Of a DNA stretch of 64,000 nucleotides, positions 10,752-21,536 are shown piece by piece. Source of the DNA: Balamuthia mandrillaris. Its lineage: Eukaryota. Within the stretch, counting starts at the first letter, position 1; each line of letters opens with the position of its first letter. The notes under the pieces are model-generated. The model was not told the DNA's origin. It was given only the letters and a program-made list of their open reading frames with translations, and did not search any database. The DNA lies in the NCBI GenBank assembly GCA_031835245.2, contig JAVKOQ020000098.1:1-64000 (forward strand). Reading direction: 5' to 3'. A program made the position numbers and the translations under genes.

Positions 10752-10818
10752 AATATGAGCATGGGAACACCAGTTCAGCTGTCAAAATCCATGCATGGCT
10801 AAGGAGGTGTACAAAGAG

Positions 10819-13610
10819 TTATTCTTGCACAACCATTGGCTCAACCAGCATTTGTACTTCCTTGAGGAAGGAAAGCAATTGGTCAGTTGATTGGAAATAA
10901 AACATATGTGGTGAGTGATGAGTACCAGGCAGGAGGTCTTGAATTTGTTTCCTGAGTGATTCATAATCTCCCTTTTGGGCAGTAGTCAGCATGGAGGACC
11001 AAATTGTTGGTGCCAAATGGTAACGCCAAAACTTGATGATCTTTTCTGCCTTCTCTTCTACACGTATTTCCTCAAAGGTGGTGAAGAATAGAGTCTGGAA
11101 GACACTCTTCACTACCATCTCTAGGTCATGAGCAAAGGAAGGTTCATAGGTCTTATTCAAGTGCCAGCACTGAATAACATGCTCTGGGGCATATTGCAAG
11201 GCACCAGAGAACTTCACCTTTTTTCCCACTTTAGTTGCGCAGCCCCAGTCATTAAGAAATACCTGATGAGAGGTGTCATAAATTCAATGGTGATGACGAG
11301 ACACAAACACAAGGGGTAGTGTAGTTGAACAAGTCGGCTAATGTTAGTTCCAGTCACACGGCAAGAAGGAAGAGAACAGAAGAAGAGAGAATGAGGACAA
11401 CATTACCGTTCCAGTGTCTAGATGTCGAAAGCAGTTGGAGAGACGCACGTCCCGATGGACCCATCCATAGTTGTGGTGGACCTGCTCAAGAATATTCACC
11501 AGTTGACAGAAATCATCTGCCATGGCAAGCATTGTCTGGCGGTCGTGGCCCTGTCAGTTTGAAAATAATAAGAACTGATAATGATAATGATGATAATGAT
11601 AATGGACATACAGTATTGCAGTTGGTACAGTGGGAAAGCCGAGAAGCAAAGTGTCCTCCGACAGGACTAAGTAACAGCACAAGCTGCTCCTCATCATCAG
11701 CAACGAGTTTTGGGACTGAAGGCACCAAGTCTTGGACCTCCTCCAGGCAACGTTTTTCATTCTGCAAGTGATATATATTGTCCGCCGAGTTGAACCTTTT
11801 AACGACCACTGTATCACCTATTACCATCATGATCATCATCAGTAATCATGAACTCATCTATTGTTGTTGTTGTTTGTTGTTGTTGTTGTTGTTGTTGTTG
11901 TTCTTGTTCTTCTTCTTCTTCTTCTTCTTCTTCTTCTTCTTCTTCTTCTTCTTCTTTTTCTTCTTCTTCTTCTTCTTCTTCTTCTTCTTGTTCTTCTTCT
12001 TCTTGTTGTAAAACTCGGGGAAATACCTTTGTACTGGCCGCTGTACACGACAGCAGACCCGCCAATGCCAAGAAGCTCATTCATGATGACTGGCTCTTCA
12101 TCGATGACGATGTCTTCTGGTAAACCGTGTGTAGCTTTGTTGCTCTGAAGCAGTCCTAGTAGCCACTTGCCACCATCGCTGTGTAGATGAAGGATGGGGC
12201 TCTCGGTCCACTGATCTGTGGTTGAGAGCTTCTGTAGACGGAAGAACTGGATTAGACAGCCATCCGTGAGGAACCCATTAACCACACTACGGTAGGGCTG
12301 GTATTCAAGCAGGAGCTCTTCGAGGAAGGAGTGTAGATGACCCTTCTCAGAATCGTCAAAGTCCTCCTTTGTCGCTGTACGCCTTGCTTTGACATCGCCC
12401 AGCAATGTGATGTAAAATATGCTCTTTGGTTTGCCCTTCAAGTAGCCCACAACGTCTGGCTTGCGCCTGCCGAAAGACACCTTGTTGTAAGTATCCACCA
12501 AGGTGATAGGCAGATCCGGAAAGAGCTTCACAAGGAGCTTCAGTTGACTTGACCAGTAGGGCTGAACGACCTTACTTTCAGACGCGCCTGCGTCAGGATA
12601 CCCACGAGGAGGAAATAATGGTTTACCCCCCTTTGCTTTTCGTTGGTTGCGGCGGATAGGGAACCATGGCTCAACCACTTTGTTCTTCACTGGTAATCGC
12701 TGGTATCTCTCTGCAAAAGTTGACGGAGTACTCCCTGGTGTTTTTGTGGTTATTATCATCATGTGGTTGCTTGTAAAAATTCAAAGCGAAAAGGAAATAA
12801 TGGGTATGGACGCACGTTCTGTCCTGTCCCTGTGAGTGGCCTTTTGCATTTCGCTTGTGGCCTTTTGCATTTCGCTTGTGGCCTTTTGCACTTCGCCCAT
12901 CATTCTTTCTTCCAGCCGTTTAATGTCTGGAATGCATTGACGCAACCCTTTAGGGACAAAAAACACACATAAGAGTCAGAGGGAAGGGTAGGAACCTACC
13001 GACATTAGTCACAGGCCGGAGTGGACTGCCTGTGGCAGGTGTTGGATCTTACCAGTGAAAGAGACAAGCGGTGAGAAAAGGACAAGGTAGTGGAAAGGTT
13101 TGGTGAAGGGAACGGAAATTAGCGAGTAAAATACGACAAGAGGAGGGAACGCTCACCTTTGCCTTTTTCTAGTAGGCTCACATGGAGATTTGAAAAGGGA
13201 GCCTCTAGACCAGAGCTAGTGGACGCGGCAGTACCACGATCGGTCCCTTTTGCGTGTTTGTTTGTTTGTTTTTTTTGGTTTGGTTGGTGTTTTAGTTCTA
13301 CTGCACCACCATAATGACCAACAAAAACCATACCATAATGTTCTTGCAGCCTTTCAGTGAGGGTATTGAGAAGAGCATGCAACATCACTTGTCGCTGCAC
13401 TAAGGAGGGCAGTAGGGCTGTAGCCGCGCTGCGCAAGAGCTCGTCCGACTCCGCCCGTATTTCCGTCTTCACCTCCTGGACTTTCTCCTCTACCTCCTGG
13501 ATTTTCTCCTCTACCTCCTGGATTTTTTGCTCTACTTCCTGGATTTCCGTCTTAATGGCCTGTCTATCCACGCGCGTGGCCTCTGTCTTGCTCTCCACCG
13601 GCACCTGCAT
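10819..13610 (-). CDS. Crinkler/RHS-like effector architecture: coiled-coil header + PD-(D/E)xK nuclease-like domain + protein kinase (multi-exon)
   Basis: Heptad repeats IQEVEEK; RKPDVVGY..LLGDVKARR..GFLTDG; kinase motifs LGIGGSAVVY, VVVKRF, VHRDVRLSN, FLNDWG, GALQYAP, HDLEMVV across GT-AG introns. Confidence 0.75.
12836..12896. repeat. 21-bp tandem repeat, about 3 copies (heptad-coding)
   Basis: GTGGCCTTTTGCATTTCGCTT repeated; encodes EMQKATS on the minus strand. Confidence 0.85.
13471..13546. repeat. 21-bp tandem repeat, about 3.5 copies (heptad-coding)
   Basis: ACCTCCTGGATTTTCTCCTCT-like units encoding IQEVEEK on the minus strand. Confidence 0.8.
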
Positions 13611-13920
13611 CGCGTTCGTCCTCTTTAGTCTCCCTGTTCCTTTGTTTTTTTTTAGAGTGTGTTTTAAGGGAAGCTTCGGAAAGTTGGGGTCCAGAAAACT
13701 GGTAGAAAACTGGCTATTTTTGTCGAGCAGAGAGAGAAAATAGGTGCGTTCCACGTGGAACAGGTTTTGTGTGGACTTCTCTGCTAGTGTGACACCCTGC
13801 TTCTGTCACGCTTTGTTATCGACTTTTTCGTCACAACAGTATCTCATGGGGACTACATAGCGAAAATAGTCATGCTAGCCAATCCTCAACGGATTAACAC
13901 AACAAATCAAGAAAGGGGAA

Positions 13921-14241
13921 GTCGTGTTGCACGTGGAAGAGTTGCCTAGTGTGGCCGAGGTGGATGCGAGGAACGCAAGAAAGTGTTCTATGCGCTGTTG
14001 TAACCGTTCCATGGCCTTTCTAGTGTGTTCTGCGGTTTCGTCTAACTTCTCCTGTTCTTCTTCTTTGGCGACGCGTTCGGTCTCAGGACAGCTGGGGATG
14101 TCGAGCTCAAGTTGAAAGGATTGTTGGAGCATGCGAAGGTACTCCTGTTGTGCCTTGCGAAGCTGTTCACGGAGGGTGGGGCTTCCATGATGTGCGTAGC
14201 GCAAGAGGGGATTTGAATCACTTATGTAAGTCAAAAAAAAA
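13921..14241 (-). mobile_element. Orphan fragment of the same LTR retrotransposon family (T-tract + gag 5' end, no LTR)
   Basis: Aligns by eye to 4611-4943 with a deletion of about 12 bp; ends at the same A-run. Confidence 0.9.
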
Positions 14242-14276
14242 TGGTACTCAATTCTAAAACAAAAAAAGAGAGAAAA

Positions 14277-14815
14277 ATGGAAAAGAAACAGGACCACAAT
14301 TTGTGTTTTATGGCTTGCATGACCTTGCCAGGGATTAGTGGCGGGCTATTAGCTGGTTCTCATGTGTATATGTCTTTCATTGTAGGTCAAGTCATGAAGA
14401 CTTCGGAAAAAGGGCTGCCTTTGATGCAGACCATTGGTAATGCCTCCAAACGGTTGGCCCATGCTCTTGTTTCCTTGTACAACGTTGTTTTTTACAGCTC
14501 CGTCACCTCTCCAGGTACAATGGCGTAATGGCAGTGCTTGCTATGGGCTCTTCACTTGGATCAGCGGCTGCTACTCAAGACATGCGCTGGTTGTTGCCCT
14601 CAGTGCTGTACTTTTTGGGCTGGCCAATTACCTCCTATTTCCTTGCGCCCATCAATAAGCAGCTACGTGGTGCATCCCCTGTTAACACTGCTGCAGCTCC
14701 CCAACGTCTTGCGCGTTGGACTCGTTACGCTCGCCTTAGAGCAGCCACTCACACTTTGGGCTTTGTCACCTCTACTTTATTGTTAGTGTTTGCCTCCTCT
14801 TCCCCTTTGCAGTAG
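14277..14815 (+). CDS. Small membrane protein, DUF1772/anthrone-oxygenase-like (probably one intron, splice sites uncertain)
   Basis: GISGGLLAGSHVYMSF; PITSYFLAPINKQL..LARWTRYARLRA pattern with 4 hydrophobic segments. Confidence 0.6.
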
Positions 14816-14878
14816 CACTTTATTTTCAACCAAAAACAACCAAACAAACAAAAAAAATACTCTTCTTGGCAAAACATT

Positions 14879-15709
14879 TCATTCATCCAAGGTGAAGCAA
14901 TAGAGGTCCTTATCACAGATGACTTGCATGTTGTTGCTTTCAAACATGGATCTCGCTGTTAGAACCCTGTTCGTGGAAATCTTTCCTGGATAGTTTTGTT
15001 TCTTATTAGCATTTGGAGTGGAAATGAGCCCTCCAAATCCATAAAACTCGTCTGGTTGTTTTAGGGTCATGTGTTGCACATCTTTTGTTTTTTCAGAGCG
15101 TTCTGTTGGGCTGTCTAGCAGGTGATCCTTCACTGCGTGAAAACATGCTTCAAAAACTAAATCCACATTATCCCCAGTTGCTATTTGAAACGCAAGAGAA
15201 AGCAGATGTAAGAAGGATGAAAAGGGAATAGACATAAAGAAAATAGAAAGAATACTCACCAGAAGAACATTCCACGTAAGCACAGGCTCCCATGCGACGA
15301 GCAGCTTCCACTGCTTTAAGTCTTGGTACTTGTCGGCTCTTCTGAAAGCGTTCCACAGTCAACAAACAAGATCTTGCACCGTGGAAATATTTACATACCA
15401 TAAGGTCAGCCTTTGTGCCACAAAGTATTCTTACTTGAGGCGTATGACGTGCATAAAGTTGGACCTCAGGCACCCACTTACGCTCCACATATTCAAAGGA
15501 TTCCATATCTAAACTCAAAACACAGTCATTAGAAGAGGAATTGGAAGCTAAAGGAGGGACACTACCGTCCAAAGCAAAGCAAAAAAGAAACACGTCGGTG
15601 TTGGGATACGTCAGCAGGCGCATGGTTGTGTAATCCTCTCCTCCTCTTGCAATTGCATTGTGAATAAAGTATCTCCTAGTATAGCAGAATTCAAAACAAG
15701 AGAGGGAGA

Positions 15710-15758
<49 letters not shown>

Positions 15759-17020
15759 AGCGTTCTAACACCAAACTCCCCAAACAAGGAAATACAGAAT
15801 AAAGCATACAATACCTGCACCCTTCCAAAAATTGCCTCGTATCCCACATTTCAGTATCCCAGAGGGACAGAGCCACTTCTCGTCCTTCATGAAACACCCT
15901 TGAAAATAAATAATTCCGAGTCAGATCAGTGCAACCGATGCACTGATAGAAAGGAAGGGTACCGTGCTGTATAGTTCTGAAACTTGATGGGCAACGTCTC
16001 GGACGTTACGTCGAGACTATCACCTCTGCAGAACTTGGCGATAAGTGATGTCTTTCCAACTGGGTATGCAATCATGGTTGTTAACAACAAAGAGAAGATT
16101 ATGACGAAGACAATGTCAAAGGAGCAAAAAAGCCAAACCCCCAAGGTTGCCCATTGCAACAATCTGTTACAAAAGTGTGCTGTTAGATCGGCAGTGAGAA
16201 TGGGAGGGAGGGAGAGGGAGAGAGGAGAGAAGAGAACAATGAAGAGTTTCTTGCCTTTATGAACAATGGCTTACGACCCTCTTGAATCTCGCTGAGCTTC
16301 CACATCACAAACTTGCGGTATGGCGATGGCGGCGGGAGGATCTGCAGCCTCTTCCCAGTCGACGACCTCTCTTTGCTCCTCTTCGTTGCCATCTGAAGAA
16401 CAGAGGATAAGATGGAGGAAGTCTTCTTGTTGGTCTTCTCCTTCCAAGCAGACTCTGAGAACACCAGCGGAGGACGAAACTGCTCTCGGGTGAAGATGTA
16501 GGAAGCAACCACCTCTTCAAAGGCGGGCGCAGGAGCACAGAACTTCTTGTGGTAAGGTCCAAGACAGGGCGGCCACTCTTCCGGAGGCTGTTGCCGCTCT
16601 TTTACTGCTTCCCATGTTTCTTTTTTGTAGCGGTCAGACGAGACGAGATTGTAAGTGATTTGGTGATTTGGTGGGTTGCGACGTTGAACGAACCGTTTTC
16701 GGAGGAAAGAAGGTGCCACCAGCGAGGCTCCCAGATCAAGTCAGCAGTGAAGAGGCCGTACCACGCCCTGCATACGGCAGCAGCAGCAACGAGGTCATGA
16801 CAGTTCAATTGGGCTGTGATCGGAAGGAATAGCTCTGTTGGCAGTTCCAGCAGAAAGTCTCTGCTCTCCTCCTCCTCTTTTGCTTTTTTTTTTTTAAGTT
16901 GCGGCGGTTCCAATCATGAACGGGTTGAAGAGAAAGCAAGAAGCACAAAGCTTGGCAGGTTTTACCTTTTACTTTTTCACTGGTTTTTGCATCACAAGTC
17001 TCGCTAGGCTTCCTTTCCAT
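14879..17020 (-). CDS. F-box + atypical Rho-family GTPase fusion (multi-exon; frameshifted by an 8-bp duplication, so possibly a pseudogene or null allele)
   Basis: F-box LLELPTELFLPITAQL..AVCRAW..DLIW; Rho motifs IVAMGNLGVGKTSL, LSLWDT, EDY..RLLTYPNTDVFLFCF, KWVPEV, CGTKADL, YVECSS, NVDLVFE. Confidence 0.8.
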
Positions 17021-17191
17021 CTTTTTTTTTAAGTTGGTTATTTTGTTTTTTAATGTTTGTTTTACTTTTTGTTTTTTTAAAAGGGCGTTTATAACAGGAC
17101 AATCCATCACTTCTTTATCAAAGCCAAAAGAATACAAATGAGAGAGAGAGAGAGAGGAGTATGAATGGAGGAACCACAAAAAAAAGAAATA

Positions 17192-17240
<49 letters not shown>

Positions 17241-17255
17241 AGAGGGAGAGAGAAC

Positions 17256-20200
17256 TCAATCGAGATAGATAACGCCTTCGCAACTGCTGGTTTTGCTGAT
17301 GAAGACTCGAGGAGGTTGGGCCGGCTCTCCTCTGGCCCATGCATCGAAGAAAGCAACAGCAGCTTTCACTCGAGAGATCCGCATCCCTCCTCCGCTTCCA
17401 CTACCGCCACCACTGCTGCTTGAAGCAGAAGCTGCAGGCACAGTCGAAGAGGAAGAGGTGGCAGAAGTAGGAGAAGGTGAAGGGGAGGACACAGTTTGGG
17501 AGGCGCGGCGGGTGGCAGTGCTGGGAGAAGCAGCAGCAGACGTAGAAGGGGAAGCGGAAGCAGAAGAGGTGGAGGCTCTGGAACGCGCTGCTGCATCAAC
17601 CGGTTCGGCGGCTGCACTTTTGGCTGCTTCGGCTTCACTGGAACCGTTGTAGAGCTTCTCGATTTCCTTGCAGAAGGCTTTGGCTACGCTCTGTCGGTTG
17701 ATCTTGAGGACGTGGTTGAGTTGGCCTGCCTCAGTGGAGAAGGAGCGGGTCCACACTTTGATTTTTGTGAGGCGCTCGTGTTTGGGCAGCTCATAGTTTA
17801 TGCTCACGATGTGGGAGGCTAACTCTGTTTGTGGTACATTTCAAGGATGAACGGTTATTACAAAGACAAACGAGAAGATGGAACAGAAGATGGGAGGAGG
17901 AGAGGGATATGGCAGAACAAAGATAGAGTGAAGGAGCGTATTGTACCATCATAGAGTTCTTTGAGGGTGCGTGTGTGGGAAGGATCTTTGGCGACAACAA
18001 GAGCGACGGGATAAGGACGATTCTCACCGACAACCATTGTCGTCTCAACCAAGGGGCATTCCTCCAGCAGCTTCTCTATTCTCTCGGGAAGCACCAATCT
18101 GCCTTGGTTGTCGCTGAAGTACCTTCCTTTCTTCCTAGAGACGACCAAATAGCCCGATCCCTTATGCGGCAGAATGTAGCCCAGATCTCCCGTGTGGAAC
18201 CATCCATCTTTCAGGCGCTCCTCTGTGGTAGATGGATCCTGTTTGCAATTGTAGCAAAAGGAAAGGGCAGAATTAGAACGAGAGAGAGGGGAGGGAGAGG
18301 AGGGAGGGAGGGAGGGAGGGAGGGAGGAGGGAGGGAGGGGGAGGGAATAAGAACAATCAAACCTTCCAATAACCCATAAATACATTGTCTCCTTTGATGA
18401 GTATCGCTCTTTCAATAGGAGTGTCCTCTTCGTCATCCTCATCATCGCTACTATCCTCATTTTTTTCTTTGTCGGCTGCATTCTTCTTCTCTTCTTTTGA
18501 CGAAGTGAGGGCGTGAGGTTCATCGTTATCCACCAATTTGACTTCGGTATGAGGAAGAGGCAAGCCAACAGTGCCGGGTTTGTCATACTCTGGTGTGTTG
18601 AGACAAACCACTCCGCTGCATTCAGGCACGACGTAGATGGCATGAATAGGAACGTGACCATATTCTTGGAAGAAGTCGATGAGGTCGATTGAAATATGAG
18701 AGAGGCCCGTCAGACCCAAGCGCAGACGCAGCATTCCCACCGAAAGCTTAAACTGTTCCACTAGCACTTGAGCTTCTCCCAAGTGTTTTTCCTGAATCTC
18801 AGCCATGGACGCCTTAGCTGCTGCTTTTTGCTCTTTGAGCTGCCTCTTTTGCTTTCTCAGCTTCTTCATCTTGGCTTTGCCGGGAGATTTCTTCATCTTC
18901 TTTTTCAACTTGTTGAGCTTGTGTTTGGTGCTAATGATCTTCACTCTTTGTTCATTCTGCTCCTCTTCCATCCTCTCTTTGATGCGAATGAACTTGGCGC
19001 GCAGAGCGCAATGCACTCTCTTCCAGAACAACGGAGGAGCAGCGATGAGGGTAGGTTGCACGTCCGTCAAATCTGTCAACAGAACATTGTCTTCCGAAAT
19101 GTAGAGCTCGCTTTCTTCTTCGACTGTTTTATCCCTAGCATGCACCATCTCGTTCTCATCCTTTTCTTCCTCTGTTTCAATCGTGATTTGCTTGCTCGAG
19201 GCTTTGTTGTTGGTCTTCTCTTTCTCCTTTTCTGGTCCTTCTCTGGCAACAGGAGGAGAACAAACAGCTCCCAAAGCATTCACCGTTCTTCTTCGTTCCT
19301 TCTTGATCAATTTCAGCTTTACGTTCTGACTAAAGTAAACTTTGCAACCTGAATAGATGGGGACGTAAATGGTCCACAGTTGTTGGAAGATATGAGCCAA
19401 CGGTAAGAACGACACGAGGACGTCCTTTTCGGAGGTGTTGTAGGCTCTGGAGAGCATTTGTGTGGTGAAAGAAAGATTGCGATGACTTAGCATGACGCCT
19501 TTGCCCTTCCACTGAATTTCTGCCGTCTCCTTCTCCTTCTCTTTCCTCTCTTCTTTGTCACGGGGGACAAGTTTGGAGGTTGATGGACTGTAGATGATGA
19601 CCGCAAGATCCTCCATCTTCAAAGCACTCGTTCTTTCCGCCACGTCTTCATCTCCCACTTGTTGAGCACGATCCAGGAACTCGTCCCAAGACATCACCAG
19701 CTTCTGCTGTAGCTCGATGACAGAACCGCTCTGTCGGTAGAGTTGAGAGCCACTCTCGGAGCCCTTGTCCTTCTCATAGCGACTTTGGGGATGAGAAGGG
19801 ATAAAGACAACGTTCTTCAAGCGGGTTGTGCGTAATGCTTTCAGTCCTTTTTGAACGTGTTGCTTGTATTTCAACCCTTGAACAAAGAGCAACGACGCGT
19901 CCGAGTGTTCAAGTATTTTTGCGATCTCTGGTAATGTGGTAGTTGGGTAGAGGTGAACCACCACAACCCCCACGGCCATGCATGCCATGTGGAGCATCAT
20001 GGCTTCCTACTCAGAAAGAAGAAAAAGAAATGGACAAAACACGTGAATAAAATAACAATAAAATAACTGGAAGATGGAACAAATAGAGAGAGAGAGAGAG
20101 AGAGAAAAGAAAGAAACGACAAGAAACGACAAGAAACGACAAGAAAGAACAACATAAGACAACAAGAATGAAAACATAGAGAAGCACAGAGAATGAGGGA

Positions 20201-20752
20201 TTAAATAGCAGACAAGACTTACAGGAGAGGTCTCGGCCAGAATAGCTACAGTTGACTTGGTGGGAAGGACCATGCTCAACACCGCCCGTGCAAGCACGCG
20301 CACGCGATGAGCGTATTCTCCCCATGAGGTTTCCACCCAGTCCAAACCAGCGGCCTCTCGGTCTTGGTACGGCCGCACGAAGAAGGCGTTGTCCTGCTTT
20401 TGTTTTTCTGTGGCACCACGTTTGAACAACAGCTCGGGCAGGTTTACATCTGTTATAAAAGAACACAAAATGAGGATGAGGAGAGATAATGCAAAACAAG
20501 AGGTGAGGACAAACCTTCAAAAGAAGGTGCTGATGGGTTTTTGGTGGACAACAGATCTACAAGAGTCTATTTGTTGTTTTTTTTGCGATGCAGAAAAGAA
20601 AGTAGTAGTAAGTCGCCATCAAAAGAGATACCGAACAAAAGCCGAAATACCTCTTGTTCTTCTTCGGTGGTCTCTTCCTCGTCCTCCTCTTCGTCGGTGT
20701 CCTCCTCCTCCTCTTCCTCTTCACTCTTCCTCTCTTCTTCTGATTGCGACAT
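17256..20752 (-). CDS. Long-chain acyl-CoA synthetase-like (AMP-binding superfamily), divergent, multi-exon
   Basis: DLAVIIY..KGVMLSHRNL, SFLPLAHIF, PGTVGLPLP, IKGDNVFMGYW, DGWFHTGDLG, PERIE, LKINR. Confidence 0.85.
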
Positions 20753-21069
20753 TCTTTGGAATTTTTTTTTTTGTTAAAGAAAACAAATGGCTTCCCTCTT
20801 TCTTTCTTTCTTTCTTTCTTGTCTTGTCTTGTCTTGTCCCTCTGTGTTTGACCGTAACCAAATGCACCGCACCAACACACCCAAAAGAATCGGGCCAAAA
20901 CCAGAATAAATGAGAGATTTATTCAATTTGGAAAAGGAGCATGCTGGTATGACTGGTATTTCAAGAATGCAGATCCATTTGTGACGACAAGAATGTACGG
21001 AATGTGGCGACCAAAAGAAAGAGAAACAACTTTTTTTTGGCCCATAAGTGGTAGGCTTCGCCTGCAGGG

Positions 21070-21076
21070 TATAAAA
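21070..21076 (+). promoter_or_regulatory. TATA box of the U2 snRNA gene
   Basis: TATAAAA about 32 nt upstream of the U2 5' end. Confidence 0.6.
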
Positions 21077-21101
21077 GGAGGAAGCGGAGAAGGGAGAAAG
21101 T

Positions 21102-21312
21102 ATCTTCTCGGCCTATTGGCTCTGATCAAGTGTAGTATCTGTTCTATCTAGCTTAATCTCTAGATGACAGTCGTCCTGACTGTCTCTTAGATTAAACTTA
21201 TTTTTCACCAGGGGGTGTGGGGATACTTGGTTCGCTGGCTTGCCGGCTGAACCGCCTCACACCGCGGATCGGCTCTGCATGGCACACCCCGCAGAGTTAT
21301 TGAAACGGTCCA
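21102..21312 (+). ncRNA. U2: U2 spliceosomal snRNA (3' end approximate)
   Basis: ATCTTCTCGGCCTATTGGCT..GATCAAGTGTAGTATCTGTTCT (stem I + branch-pairing GUAGUA), stems IIa/IIb, Sm-like site ACTTATTTTTC, two 3' stem-loops. Confidence 0.93.
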
Positions 21313-21536
21313 CCCCACCGCATTCCCTTTGTTTAAATAAAAAAAACACACTCTCCCCTCCGTTGTATCTTCTATCTGGCTGCCATTCGCTTTTTTTTTT
21401 GTCCTCGCTTTGCGCCCTAGCAGAAACAACTGGGATGAGGTTGATGAAACCACTAAAAGAACAAAAATGGTTTCTATTGCTAATACAAAATGGGGTATGC
21501 ACACACGCGCTTGCAAAGGCCACCAAAAGGGCGTGG

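Noticed and set aside
11778..12148. Poly-F/S/E/R ORFs over (TTC)n/(TTG)n, and similar ones at about 35850-36110, 38580-38740, 60390-60460 and 62100-62400
   Set aside because: Intronic microsatellites read in multiple frames
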